64,000 bases of DNA, from positions 25,146-89,145 of the forward strand of contig MEUZ01000007.1 in assembly GCA_001772615.1 (NCBI GenBank), in the 5' to 3' direction. The notes below the pieces were generated by a model. It saw only the letters and a list, made by a program, of their open reading frames with translations. It made no database searches and was not told the DNA's origin. Made by a program: the position numbers and the translations under genes. Source of the stretch: a candidate division WWE3 bacterium RIFCSPHIGHO2_01_FULL_40_23. Its GTDB lineage: Bacteria; Patescibacteriota; WWE3; UBA101185; 2-01-FULL-41-18. Numbering within the stretch: the stretch's first letter is position 1; each line of letters opens with the position of its first letter. Shown in pieces: positions 38,435-49,033 of this stretch.

Positions 38435-39568
38435 TTATTCCTGTGGGGCTTCTTCAAGTGTAACTTCTACGGTAATAATTTCGCCATTTCTATCAAGCGT
38501 TACTCTAACCCTATCCCCTACTTTGTTATTTGCCTGAATATCAAGGTCCAAGGGATTCTTTTCACTTATACCCCTTCCATTCATTTTAGTAATAATATCT
38601 CCTCTCTCTATACCAGCCCTTTCCGCGGGCGTTGCGACACCAACGCCTCTTACAAAAGCGCCCTCGGGAAATCTGCTGAAGCCGGAGATATCTTTAGTTA
38701 TCATACTGAAGTTTACTCCAAGATAAGGCCTTATTATCCTACCTGACTCTTTGAATGATTCCAGAATGGGCTTTAAACGGTTAACAGGAATGGCAAAACC
38801 TATATTTTCTGCCCCTCTTGTTGTGGCAACATTTACTCCAATCACCTGCCCGTAAAGATTAAGAAGAGGCCCGCCTGAATTTCCGGGATTTAATGCCGCG
38901 TCCGTTTGTATTACATCATTATAAGTTTTAGGAGACTCTCCAAAAGGACCTGACGCGGTTACCTGCCTCGCAAGCCCCGAAACCACACCAACCGTTACCG
39001 TGTTTGAAAACTGGCCCAAGGCATTCCCTATGGCAATTGCCTTTTGACCGACTTTAAGCTTTTCGGCATCCCCAAGCTCAACAACAGGCAAGTTTTTAGC
39101 ACTTAACTCAAGAATGGCAAGATCATTAAGCGTATCCCTATGGATCTTTTTTACATCATAAGAAGAACCATCTTTTAACACCACCGAATAATCAGCACTT
39201 GTATTAAAAACAACATGGCTGTTTGTCACAACCACACCCAAAGTATCAACTATAAAACCGGTCCCTATCCCCTCCTCTGATGACACAGGTCCTGAAAAGG
39301 GATCAAAACCCACGGTTTTTTCAACAATTGACACAACGGCCGGTGAAACATTCTCCACAACTCTGATTACGGCTGACTCTTCTTCAACAACAGACTGTTT
39401 AAGAAGTATATTAGTCTTAATTTCCGTAAACTCCCCTTTTAAAATCTTATTTTTTAAATCACTAAGGAAGCTTCTAACCGAAAACCCTTTATTAAAATTT
39501 AAAAACACGCCAAAAAGTATAAATATGAAAAGAAGGAAAAAAAGGATTCCTGAAAGTTTTTTATTCAT
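38435..39568 (-). CDS. HtrA/DegP-family trypsin-like serine protease with PDZ domain
   Basis: GNSGGPLLNLYGQVIGVN around the catalytic Ser; N-terminal TM. Confidence 0.85.
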   Translation of the reverse strand: MNKKLSGILFFLLFIFILFGVFLNFNKGFSVRSFLSDLKNKILKGEFTEIKTNILLKQSVVEEESAVIRVVENVSPAVVSIVEKTVGFDPFSGPVSSEEGIGTGFIVDTLGVVVTNSHVVFNTSADYSVVLKDGSSYDVKKIHRDTLNDLAILELSAKNLPVVELGDAEKLKVGQKAIAIGNALGQFSNTVTVGVVSGLARQVTASGPFGESPKTYNDVIQTDAALNPGNSGGPLLNLYGQVIGVNVATTRGAENIGFAIPVNRLKPILESFKESGRIIRPYLGVNFSMITKDISGFSRFPEGAFVRGVGVATPAERAGIERGDIITKMNGRGISEKNPLDLDIQANNKVGDRVRVTLDRNGEIITVEVTLEEAPQE

Positions 39569-39577
39569 AGGTTTAAA

Positions 39578-40795
39578 TTATGATTTAATTTGCGCTTTTA
39601 TAATTTCTTTGGCTTTATCAAGCTGAAGATCAAGACCTTTTACAACGTCCTCTTCTTTTCTTTCTACAACAAAATCGGGCTCAAGTCCAACTTTATGAAC
39701 CCATACTTTCTTTGGGGTAAGCCACTTTGCAATCGTAACGTGCAGGGAAGATCCATCCTCATATTCCTCCGATCCCTGAACAGTTCCCTTACCAAAAGTT
39801 TTCTCACCGACAAGCTTGGCACTAAGGCGGTCTCTTAACGCACCCGATACAATTTCGGAAGCCGAAGCGCTCCCACTATTAACTAAAACCACAACGGGTT
39901 TTCCTACAAGCTTGCCCTCTCTATTTACTCTGTATTCAACGTTTGTACCATCCGCGGTCTCTTCATACAAAACAAGCCCGCTTTTCACAAACTCCGAAGC
40001 AATATAAACCGAGGCCGAAAGATATCCCCCTGGATTTCCCCTGACATCCAAAACAACACCCTTTAGATTTGGCATTTGAGATGTGAGTTCGTCAACGGCC
40101 TTATTCCATTCATCTATAGTTTTATCTCCGAACCTTGCAAGCCTGATATAACCGATTCCGTCACCAAGATCTTTCCAGGAAACACTTTTTGAAACAATTT
40201 TTCTTCTGACTATTTTATATTCTTTGGGTTCGTTCTCACCTGTTTGTATCAGAAGAGTGCTGACTGTTCCTTCAGTGCCTCTTATTTTTGAAACCGCGTC
40301 CGATAAGGTTATGCCAACTGTGCTCGCGCCCTCTATCTCAAGAATTTTATCTCCGGGTGTAATGCCTTCTTCTTCCGCCGGTGAACCCTCCAATGGGGCG
40401 ATGATTACAAGCTGTTTATCTTTAAATCCAAGTTCAGCTCCAATACCTTCATAAACACCATTTAAAGTGCTTTTTGCAACAACATTCAGCGGAGGTGTAA
40501 AAAAGGAAGTGTACTCATCACCTACGGATGAAACCATTCCGGAAACAGCCCCGTAAACAAGTTTTTTGGCATCAAGAGGTCTGTCAATATGCTTTTTATT
40601 CAGACTGTCCCAAACCTGCCAGAATATCTCAAAATCAACTTCTTGATCTTTAGGTTCTCTGTTTATAACTGTTATTTTCGGAGGGTTTTTCTTTATTTCA
40701 ATGTTAAAACCTCTTTTGCCAAAATAAAATCCACCGTAGAAAGTTGAGACCAAAAGAAGAAGCAATATAATAAAATTGGAAGCTCTTTTAAACAT
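39578..40795 (-). CDS. S41 carboxyl-terminal processing protease with PDZ
   Basis: LDVRGNPGGYL; SGSASASEIVSGALRD. Confidence 0.85.
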   Translation of the reverse strand: MFKRASNFIILLLLLVSTFYGGFYFGKRGFNIEIKKNPPKITVINREPKDQEVDFEIFWQVWDSLNKKHIDRPLDAKKLVYGAVSGMVSSVGDEYTSFFTPPLNVVAKSTLNGVYEGIGAELGFKDKQLVIIAPLEGSPAEEEGITPGDKILEIEGASTVGITLSDAVSKIRGTEGTVSTLLIQTGENEPKEYKIVRRKIVSKSVSWKDLGDGIGYIRLARFGDKTIDEWNKAVDELTSQMPNLKGVVLDVRGNPGGYLSASVYIASEFVKSGLVLYEETADGTNVEYRVNREGKLVGKPVVVLVNSGSASASEIVSGALRDRLSAKLVGEKTFGKGTVQGSEEYEDGSSLHVTIAKWLTPKKVWVHKVGLEPDFVVERKEEDVVKGLDLQLDKAKEIIKAQIKS

Positions 40796-40800
40796 AGAAA

Positions 40801-41844
40801 CTAAAACAGCAAGGCAAGGAGGTTAGTGGACTTAACAGCAACCGTTTCAACTGCATTATCAAGCACAACCTCAACTTTATCACCCTCAACACTTTTTACT
40901 ACTCCCATCCAGCCAAAATATGGCCTATCCAAAACTTGTACAATCATACCATTTTTAATTTCAGTGAAGTAGTCTTTACTCCGGTCCGCCATTTTTGTGT
41001 CAAACTTTTCACCACCCGGAATTAAAATTTCTCCTTTTTCACCCCTTATAAATATGTACCTGTTTGAAACCGAAGACAGAAATGCAAAAATAGAATCGGG
41101 TGTTGGAATTCTGCCATAGCCGTTAAGGGAAGCAAGGACAAAACCATTTTTTTGAGCATAATCAAAAGAGCGTTTGTCTACGCCGCCCGCAATAATTCCT
41201 CTAACACCAAGATTAATTGCCTTTTTCAAGTTCTCCAGTTTAATAAAGTAACCGCTGTAAATAATTTTACCCGCTATATCTTTTGTGAATTTGTTAAAGT
41301 AAGGATCTTCCAGAAGCTCTGTTGGATTTGGCAAAACAACAAGCTCTCCTTCAGCTTCAAAAGGCGTGCTTACGGCGCAGTAAACAATCGTAGCCGATCC
41401 CAAAATAAGAACCGATTTATTCTCAACAATATCAAAAACCTCACCCCACGCACCGGAAAGAAGCGGGAACACCTCTTTATCCTGCTCAAAAATAAAAGAT
41501 CCGTCTCCCACTGCCCTTATAAAACCACTATACGGAGCATAAAGCCTGGCAATTTTAAAGTGTCCTTTTTTCTTAAAGCCGATGCAAACGCCCTTTTCAA
41601 TATAAGAATTAACCTCCCTTATAAGCGTAAATGACGGATCTATTTTTTCAAAAAAATAAGAAACTTTGGCCTCTCCCATTTTTGTAAAAGGCTCCACTTT
41701 CTCGCCCTTTAAAACATGAATTGTCCCTATATCGGGAAGTATTCTTTCAACAAAGAAATTATTTGTTCTATGCACTTTTTCAACAATAGAAATTTTATTT
41801 ATCATCAAAGCCCTTTCAAAGTATAAAGAAGCGTCTCCTCCCAA
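40801..41844 (-). CDS. hypothetical protein
   Basis: ORF overlapping upstream gene by 40 nt. Confidence 0.45.
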
Positions 41845-42872
41845 CTTTTTATTAATTCTTTTCTTTCATCGGGAGATAAAGTTTTTGTCCCGCTTTTTTC
41901 CCTCGTATCAATAACAATTCCAAAAACACCGCCCGAAAGCTCTTTTTCAAAACTGCCGTACTTTTTGGACTTAAGCGAAAGTGTAATCCTTTCTGAAAAG
42001 GATAAGGGGTGCGTAAAAACACGGCCTTTTTTGACACTAAACTGCGTTTTAGCTCCGTTTGAAGAAGAAATCACACATGAGAGGTCATCCATAATGTTTA
42101 TAACACTCCCAAGAGTCAAAAATTCAGGAAACTCCAACCTTTGAAAGGTGGTATTTTCCAAAAGGCATAAAGGAGAAGACGCTCCAAGAAAATTTGACTG
42201 GTCAAGCTTAAAGGAATAAAAGCCCTCGGAACAAAGGGAATCTATGCATAAAAGCATAAACCTGCATAACGCTCTTTCATCATCAAGACCCCTTGTTGTT
42301 GAGAAGGTAACTGATTTTTCGTTTGCGAAAGTCTCAAAGTTTTCTATTTTGCATCTTGTTCTTGCTATAAATCTTAAATACGCTTCCTCCTCATAAAAAT
42401 CTCTGTCGGAATCAGGCTTTAGAAACGGATATAATTCAAGGTTTTTAAAATAATTAATTACAACGTCTTCACTTTCATCAAAATAAAGATCCTTCAACAC
42501 CTCTTTAAAAGAAACTTCAATATTATAAACACCCATACTCCCACCGACATGGAGGTGCCCGAAATACAAAAAATCAATCGGACTCAAAGATCTAAACGAT
42601 TCGCTTTTATTGCAGAAAATAATATTTTTTTCATGTATATCAAGATCAGTGAGCGTTGTTACATATATCTTTATCTTATTATCAACCGATACTTTAAACA
42701 CTTCCTGCAAAACTTCCATCAGATTTTTAAATACTTCTTTTTTTGAAGGCTTGTGGGCGTAAAAAATGTCAGGAACCATCAGGGGAACGCGGACTATTTT
42801 ATATGAGAAGTTGTCATTTACCAGAAGAGCGCTTGCGGCGCCCCGCGAATAGTCAATAGAAAGGACGGGCAT
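41805..42872 (-). CDS. hypothetical protein, possible actin-like (ASKHA) ATPase fold
   Basis: N-terminal [15 protein letters not shown] resembles a phosphate-1 motif; weak. Confidence 0.4.
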
Positions 42873-42928
42873 AGTAATTATGATGATACGATATGGAGGG
42901 GTGTGTTGTCATTCACATGAAGCTCGGA

Positions 42929-43192
42929 TTATAGGGCGTGTCTTTCGGTGTAAGGAATTAACGCTAGGTATCTTGCTTTCTTAATTTCTCTAGTCAATTG
43001 CCTCTGATGCATACTGCAGGTTCCAGTTCTTGATTTCCCTAAAATTTTCCCTCTGTCTGATATAAACCTTCTTAACTTCAGCACATCTTTATAATCAGGC
43101 TCGGCCTTAAGTTTACAGTAATAACAAACGAGATTTGCTTGATCTATAATTCTTTGTGATCTTGATCGTGTTCGGGAGGTTCGCATCTTCAT
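42929..43192 (-). CDS. rpsR: 30S ribosomal protein S18
   Basis: RRFISDRGKILGKSRTG...ARYLALIPY. Confidence 0.85.
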   Translation of the reverse strand: MKMRTSRTRSRSQRIIDQANLVCYYCKLKAEPDYKDVLKLRRFISDRGKILGKSRTGTCSMHQRQLTREIKKARYLALIPYTERHAL

Positions 43193-43199
43193 AAGTTAA

Positions 43200-43703
43200 T
43201 CAGAAAGGAATCTCCTCCGGAGAGAGATCCTCACCTACTGCCTCAAAATCATTACTGGTTTCACTCTTCTTACCTTTTCCAGCTTTCTTTTTAGGAGCAG
43301 TTAAATCCTCTACTGACGGCGAGGATTGTTCTTTTTCCACCTCGGGCTCCATTTCAACCTCTCCTCCATCACGTCTTGAGGAGAGAACAATCATATCCTC
43401 CGAAACAATCTCGGTTCTATAATGTTTGACGCCTTTATCATCCGTCCAATCTCTTGTCTGAAGCCTGCCCTCTATATAAACTTTAGTTCCTTTCTTTAAC
43501 AGCTGATTGCAAAGTTCAGCAAGTTTATTCCAGGCTATGACATTGTGAAATTCCGTTTCTTCCCTCCTATCGCCCTCAACTTTCCAGTCTCTGTTTGTTG
43601 CAACGCCGAAATTTGTAACGGCGTGACCTTGCGGGGTAAACCTCATTTCAGGATCTCTCGTCAAATTTCCTATTAAAGTAACTTTGTTCAGACTTCTTGA
43701 CAT
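43200..43703 (-). CDS. ssb: single-stranded DNA-binding protein
   Basis: OB-fold N-terminus; acidic tail ending EEIPF. Confidence 0.9.
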   Translation of the reverse strand: MSRSLNKVTLIGNLTRDPEMRFTPQGHAVTNFGVATNRDWKVEGDRREETEFHNVIAWNKLAELCNQLLKKGTKVYIEGRLQTRDWTDDKGVKHYRTEIVSEDMIVLSSRRDGGEVEMEPEVEKEQSSPSVEDLTAPKKKAGKGKKSETSNDFEAVGEDLSPEEIPF

Positions 43704-43724
43704 AAATACCCTTCAAAAGGCCCC

Positions 43725-44003
43725 TTAAGCCTTTCTAAATAAATACCTTATCACAGATGGGTTCTGATTTAACTTTAAGAACAGTTTTTTTTGAGCTGAA
43801 GAATCTATACTAAGATCCAATATTGAATAATAGGCTTCCTGCATTCTTTTTATCTCATAAGCAAGCTTTCTTTTTCCCCAGAAATCTTCCTTTTCAACTG
43901 AACCGCTTCCCGCTTTAATTGTTTCTTTCACATCCTCCACATTCTTTTTTACCTGCTCCTCGGATAAATTGGGTTTTAACATTAAAACTAATTCAAACTT
44001 CAT
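43725..44003 (-). CDS. rpsF: 30S ribosomal protein S6
   Basis: MKFELVLMLKPNLSEEQ; classic rpsF-ssb-rpsR order. Confidence 0.85.
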   Translation of the reverse strand: MKFELVLMLKPNLSEEQVKKNVEDVKETIKAGSGSVEKEDFWGKRKLAYEIKRMQEAYYSILDLSIDSSAQKKLFLKLNQNPSVIRYLFRKA

Positions 44004-44214
44004 AAATTTGTAACTTCTGATACTACAACCTGTATTATACAATATTTTGTTCTTTGTTGTAAAGAACCAGTTTATCTTACAACAAGTTGTTATTCTCGTG
44101 CAAACCAGGAAGCTAAAGATGCATACCTTTAGCTTTATATAGACCTAAATATGCGTAAGGTTGAAATTCCTAAGCAAATGGCCTGTAATAGTAGGACCTA
44201 GAAGGAGGAGAAAG

Positions 44215-44580
44215 ATGAATTGGAAAAGACGGAGGTGGGCCGGAATATGGCTTGCCTTATCAACTATACTCACGTTAATGGTGGGGTTGCTGTTCTTTCT
44301 GACGTCGGCTACGGCTCCCAGCTCCTGTCAGATTGGCAGGAGAACAATCTACAAGGACGCGTGGATCACATCAGTCGCGTCCGATGGATCCTGGTTAGAG
44401 TATAAAGATTACAATACACAGGAAATCCAGATGGTGAAAGTATGTCCGAATGGGAATCTCCCATCACTTTCCACCATTCAGGATCAGATGAACCGCTTTG
44501 ATGGTAGGGTAGCCTTGATCTTGACGGAGCGAAACTGGCTGGAATCAGAACCCCAGGTTTTGACGGTGATTCTAAAGTGA
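44215..44580 (+). CDS. hypothetical small secreted/membrane-anchored protein, GC-rich
   Basis: RBS GGAGGAG; N-terminal TM; GC ~50%. Confidence 0.45.
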   Translation: MNWKRRRWAGIWLALSTILTLMVGLLFFLTSATAPSSCQIGRRTIYKDAWITSVASDGSWLEYKDYNTQEIQMVKVCPNGNLPSLSTIQDQMNRFDGRVALILTERNWLESEPQVLTVILK

Positions 44581-44581
44581 A

Positions 44582-44620
44582 CGCCGAAGCGCGGAACCAA
44601 CACCTCCGCGCTTTTTAGAA
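44582..44620 (+). terminator. rho-independent terminator (gcgcgga..uccgcgc + UUUUU)
   Basis: 7-bp stem + T-run. Confidence 0.55.
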
Positions 44621-44702
44621 CTGCGGATTTTGGTTATTTTATTGCGGGATCAATAAAATCTTCTTATTGACATTACAATATAGGTTTTGGTAAAGTAACT
44701 GC

Positions 44703-44942
44703 ATGTTATCCTCAAAAGATTTATCTGACATTAAGCATATTGTTCAAGAAACATTCGAAGAAAAGATAATAGAATACCACAATAAAACATTAAAAGATGA
44801 GCTTAGGAAACAATTTAAAAAAGAACTAGGACCTATCAAGAGAGACTTAAAGTTTATTAGAGAAGCACTGAATGCAGCCGTTCACCATTTTGACATGGAA
44901 ATAATAGACATTAAAAAGAGGCTTGACCTTGCAAATATATAA
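44703..44942 (+). CDS. small hypothetical protein, probable coiled coil
   Basis: ORF only. Confidence 0.35.
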   Translation: MLSSKDLSDIKHIVQETFEEKIIEYHNKTLKDELRKQFKKELGPIKRDLKFIREALNAAVHHFDMEIIDIKKRLDLANI

Positions 44943-44960
44943 TCAGGCCATTTAAATTAT

Positions 44961-46049
44961 TTACACACTAAACCTAAACTCCACCACGTCCCCATCCTTC
45001 ATTTCATACTCTTTACCCTCAAGCCTTATTTTTCCAAGCTCCTTGGCTTTATGATAACTTCCAATAGAAACCAAGTCCTCGCACGCGATAACATCGACAG
45101 CTATAAAACCTCTCTCAAAATCAGTATGAATAACACCTGCCGCCTGGGGAGCTTTAGAACCTTTTTTAATTGTCCATGCTCTCACTTCCTTAGGACCCGC
45201 CGTCAAAAATGTCTGGAGAGAAAGAATTTCAAAACCCTTTTTTATGACTTTATCCAGCCCCGATTCCTCCAAACCATATTCCTTCATAAAAAGTTTTTGG
45301 TCGTCACTTGAAAGAACTGAAAGCTCGGACTCGATTTTTGCCGACACCGCAACAGAATTCTCATAATCAGAAAATTTATCCGTAGTTAAATCATTTTCAG
45401 AAACATTAAAAACATAAATAAAAGGTTTTGCGGTTAAGAGGTTTAGGCTTTTAACCTGCTCTTTTTCCTCCTCTGTTAGCAAAACATCTTTTGCTAAAGC
45501 ACCTTTGTCCAGCGCTTCCTTAAGTTTTAAAACTCCCAAGATCTTGGCCTCCTCACCTTTCTCAACTTTTCCTTTTATTTCGGTCCTTTGCTTGGATAAA
45601 GTTTGAAGGTCGGCAAGAATTAACTCCGTTTTTATAACTTCTATATCGGATTTAGGATCTTTTGAGCCGGACCTGACTACATTTTCGTCCTCAAAAGCTC
45701 TTACTACCTCCACTATCGCATCAACCTCTCTTATATGCGACAAGAATTGATTCCCAAGTCCTTCCCCTTTGTGGGCGCCTTCAACAAGCCCTGCAATATC
45801 AACAAACTTTACCGCAGCATAAATCGTTTTTTCAGGGACTTCCCTACCCCCTTCTTTTCCGTAATCGTTTTTTACAACTTCCTTTAACTTCTCAAGCCTC
45901 TCATCGGGAACTTCAACAACACCAACATTCGGCTCAATTGTGGCGAAAGGATAATTTGCGGCCAGAGCAACCTGCCTTTTTAACAGTGCATTAAATAAAG
46001 TTGACTTTCCAACATTCGGAAGCCCCACAATCCCAATTGCTAATGACAT
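44961..46049 (-). CDS. ychF: ribosome-binding ATPase YchF (Obg family) with TGS domain
   Basis: IGIVGLPNVGKSTLFNALLK...ANYPFATIEPNVGVV. Confidence 0.9.
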   Translation of the reverse strand: MSLAIGIVGLPNVGKSTLFNALLKRQVALAANYPFATIEPNVGVVEVPDERLEKLKEVVKNDYGKEGGREVPEKTIYAAVKFVDIAGLVEGAHKGEGLGNQFLSHIREVDAIVEVVRAFEDENVVRSGSKDPKSDIEVIKTELILADLQTLSKQRTEIKGKVEKGEEAKILGVLKLKEALDKGALAKDVLLTEEEKEQVKSLNLLTAKPFIYVFNVSENDLTTDKFSDYENSVAVSAKIESELSVLSSDDQKLFMKEYGLEESGLDKVIKKGFEILSLQTFLTAGPKEVRAWTIKKGSKAPQAAGVIHTDFERGFIAVDVIACEDLVSIGSYHKAKELGKIRLEGKEYEMKDGDVVEFRFSV

Positions 46050-46136
46050 GGGAAGATTTTAACATGCGATGAGATAGAACCCTCACTAATTTGATAATTC
46101 CCAAGGAAGTGGTACATTTAGGAAGAGAAAGGAGAC

Positions 46137-46511
46137 ATGACAATGAGGCACCTATTGTGGCCGCTCAACCTTTTAAGAAATGGCTGGTTTTACTACTTTC
46201 GGCCGAAGGATTATGAACGCAATCATCCTTACATCAAAGAAAGATACAAAAGGATTGGAAAGAGGGTTCTGTACTGCGGAGTAGGAGTGATTTTTGGACT
46301 TGGTATTGCTGCACTTGCTTTTACAGTGCGAGGCGTTTCCGCCAATGTGCTTCTTGCCTGGGCACTTGGGATCTTTATCTACGCGCTGGACGATAACGAT
46401 ACATCCGAGGCATCTGAATTCGGAGTTAACTTCTCTTTCGGGGTTCTCGTCATATGGATTGTGTATATCGCAGTTACCACAATCGGAAGGACGCTTCTGA
46501 ATCCGACCTAA
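46137..46511 (+). CDS. hypothetical membrane protein, GC-elevated
   Basis: Hydrophobic segments; GC ~45%. Confidence 0.4.
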   Translation: MTMRHLLWPLNLLRNGWFYYFRPKDYERNHPYIKERYKRIGKRVLYCGVGVIFGLGIAALAFTVRGVSANVLLAWALGIFIYALDDNDTSEASEFGVNFSFGVLVIWIVYIAVTTIGRTLLNPT

Positions 46512-46560
46512 CAAAAACTCCCCGTTTGGTATCAAGCCGACGGGGAGTGTTCTTTCTTTA
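46512..46560. terminator. hairpin (cuccccgu..acggggag) between convergent genes, T-rich on the + side
   Basis: 8-bp stem followed by tgttctttctttatt. Confidence 0.45.
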
Positions 46561-46565
46561 TTATC

Positions 46566-47063
46566 TTAGTCAACAAACTCAGCACCTTCCGGCGTAACTG
46601 ACAGCGTTCCAGCATAGCCTAAACCCCGATTTGAAAGCTCGGCTATTAGGGTGATTATGGCACTAGCCTCAACTGCTGACGGTTTCTCATAACTGCATTC
46701 AGCAGTCCAAACTTCAACCCCTCCGGCTAATCCGACACAACTAATATACAACTTGCGCCCAAAGTCTCTCGGTCGGAGTAAGACATCTAAAGCCCACACC
46801 ATTGGACTTCCAAATCCCCTTACGCATACTGCATAGAAGTGCTTGCCGACCTCACCTTTCTTTGATGGGCCTACTGATTTAAGCACCAAGAGATAATCTT
46901 CTTCCTTACCCTCAAGCATGTACCTGATCACTGCATCCATGTTGATGCTAGCTAATGCCTCAATAGGCTTAAGAAAAGCTGTGATCACCCGGCCAAGCTG
47001 TTGGGGATGACGTGCTACAAACACTGCCCTTTTCAGCCTTCGGCTTTTTGTTTGAGTGGACAT
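46566..47063 (-). CDS. hypothetical protein, GC-elevated
   Basis: ORF only. Confidence 0.4.
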   Translation of the reverse strand: MSTQTKSRRLKRAVFVARHPQQLGRVITAFLKPIEALASINMDAVIRYMLEGKEEDYLLVLKSVGPSKKGEVGKHFYAVCVRGFGSPMVWALDVLLRPRDFGRKLYISCVGLAGGVEVWTAECSYEKPSAVEASAIITLIAELSNRGLGYAGTLSVTPEGAEFVD

Positions 47064-47276
47064 ATGGTCTCTCCTTATTTTGATGATTAGTTCAAAGTAT
47101 CTATAGTACTATAGGATAAAATGTGTGAGGTTGCAAGTGAGAAAAGGGACAGAGCTACTCTTTTGAAAAAAGGCTCTTAATCCAATCTATAAACGACCTT
47201 AACCAATCAATGAGAGAAACACCGCGGTCAACGGTATCCCTGCCTTCTTCAAGCTTGTCAAGTATGGGCATAATTA

Positions 47277-47732
47277 TTACTTAAACCTTACGGGAATTTT
47301 AAGCTCTTTGTCGTTTTCAGGCATCCCTGAAGGATTATCAGCTCTTAAAACAATGTAACCTTTGGGATCTGAAGGCGTGTCAAACTCAAGAAGCGACTCA
47401 AAATCAACATAATCTTCGGTCATCCACTCCCCTTGCGCCTGCGCATAACTTGAAACAATTTCAGTACCCTCTGAATCGGTGAGAGTCACGGGGAAGGAGG
47501 CTTCAAAAAACCACATGCCCTTGGCTCTTCCTGTAACAGTTAGAGGGCTCGTTACCAAATCGTTTCCTTTAGGGTCAGAAACTTCTATACCATCCCCTTT
47601 CATCATAACTGGCATCATTTTCGTGGCCTTGCCATTAGGTCCGCCGTCTAAACCGGTCTTTCGGGGAAAAAAAACATAAGTAACCAGGAAACCTAAAACT
47701 AGACCAACGAGTAAGAGGGCAAGTGTTTTCAT
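47277..47732 (-). CDS. hypothetical secreted protein (signal/TM anchor)
   Basis: MKTLALLLVGLVLGFLVTYVFF. Confidence 0.5.
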   Translation of the reverse strand: MKTLALLLVGLVLGFLVTYVFFPRKTGLDGGPNGKATKMMPVMMKGDGIEVSDPKGNDLVTSPLTVTGRAKGMWFFEASFPVTLTDSEGTEIVSSYAQAQGEWMTEDYVDFESLLEFDTPSDPKGYIVLRADNPSGMPENDKELKIPVRFK

Positions 47733-47816
47733 ATAATCATTAAATTCCTATTAATACCCCATGTCAATATGATGCAGATCCCCGATTAAATCGGGGATGA
47801 CAATAAAATGTCGTTC

Positions 47817-49031
47817 TCATAGTTTCAAACCTTTAAGCATGACACCTGAAACTTCAAGCTCAAACTTACTGCCTTTAAGTTTTACCTTCGGTTTTTGGGT
47901 TACTGAAGAATCCGCAAAAATAACCCCTCTACCACCCACATCTTCAGCCAGCTTAGAGGCAACGTTCACGGGCCCGCCTGCAATCTCCTCCCCTTCCTTC
48001 ATAGGAAAGATTAAAACCTCGCCTTTTGCCATCCCAACACTGCAAACGTAGCCGTTAAAAGTAAGCACTTGCTTTATCCTCCTTGCAAAAGCCAAAGAGT
48101 CTCTTACATCGGTTGAAGCAAAAATGCCCAAACCTCCGTTAGATTTAACTCTTTCGATTCCAAACTCCTTTGAAACACTTTCCATAATGCTGTTTCCTAG
48201 CGCCATATCGGTAAGAAAATCAAGAAGAAGCTTTTTTTCATCGTGATCAACACGCACAAGCGTTATTACTCTGTTTTTGGACAAGTTTTTATACATCCCA
48301 TCCTCCCTCTTTAGTTCACTAACCTTTGAACTTTTTAAAAACTTATAAAATGAGTCGGTAAAAGGGTAAGGGTAGCTTCCCGCGGTTTCTCTTAAAACAA
48401 CTCTTTGAGGTTTGGTGGAAATGACTGTATATAAAGCCTCCTTCAGGCCTTTAACATCTTTTTTAACAAGTTTAAAATTATTTTCGGGAAGCTTTTCTTT
48501 AACGCTTTCAGAAATTACAATTTCTCCCTTGCCCGAAAAACTTTCCGCCGCTTCCTCCACAAAATCGGCTTCATCACCACATAACCCTCCCCCTATTTCA
48601 TAAAACTCTCCGAAGTGAACTGCCATTCCTACTTGAACTTTAAGGCTTGCTATCTCAGTTTGAGCTTCAACCATAGACTCAACAACTTTACTGACAGGAA
48701 TCGCCTCGGGATAAAACATTTCGGTATTGTCAGCCGCCCACACTCCTATTGCCTTTCCGGAAGTAGAAGAACCGTACTTAAAAATTACTTCCTTTGGCTC
48801 ACTCACTAGCTTTAACACTTCCAAAAGGGATTTTTGCGATGAAAGTTTACTTAAACCCGAGGAGTCAGAAGAAACAACCGTTCCCTTAATTATGTAAGGT
48901 GCAAGAAGGTCATTATGTTTCTTAACATCCCTTTTAGAAGAAGCCCAGTTTAAAATGAGGGGAAGAGGAATGACTCCTGCAATATCCTGCTTTAAATCGG
49001 CAAGTGATGGTTGGATAAGCCTTTTTGCCAT
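47817..49031 (-). CDS. tandem nucleotidyl-cyclase-fold (CHD/GGDEF-like) protein with non-canonical catalytic residues
   Basis: Two internally similar halves; C-terminal GGPVNVASKLAE resembles GDTVNLASRLE and VKSNGGLGIFAS the preceding strand; metal-binding Asp not conserved. Confidence 0.35.
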   Translation of the reverse strand: MAKRLIQPSLADLKQDIAGVIPLPLILNWASSKRDVKKHNDLLAPYIIKGTVVSSDSSGLSKLSSQKSLLEVLKLVSEPKEVIFKYGSSTSGKAIGVWAADNTEMFYPEAIPVSKVVESMVEAQTEIASLKVQVGMAVHFGEFYEIGGGLCGDEADFVEEAAESFSGKGEIVISESVKEKLPENNFKLVKKDVKGLKEALYTVISTKPQRVVLRETAGSYPYPFTDSFYKFLKSSKVSELKREDGMYKNLSKNRVITLVRVDHDEKKLLLDFLTDMALGNSIMESVSKEFGIERVKSNGGLGIFASTDVRDSLAFARRIKQVLTFNGYVCSVGMAKGEVLIFPMKEGEEIAGGPVNVASKLAEDVGGRGVIFADSSVTQKPKVKLKGSKFELEVSGVMLKGLKL

Positions 49032-49033
49032 GT

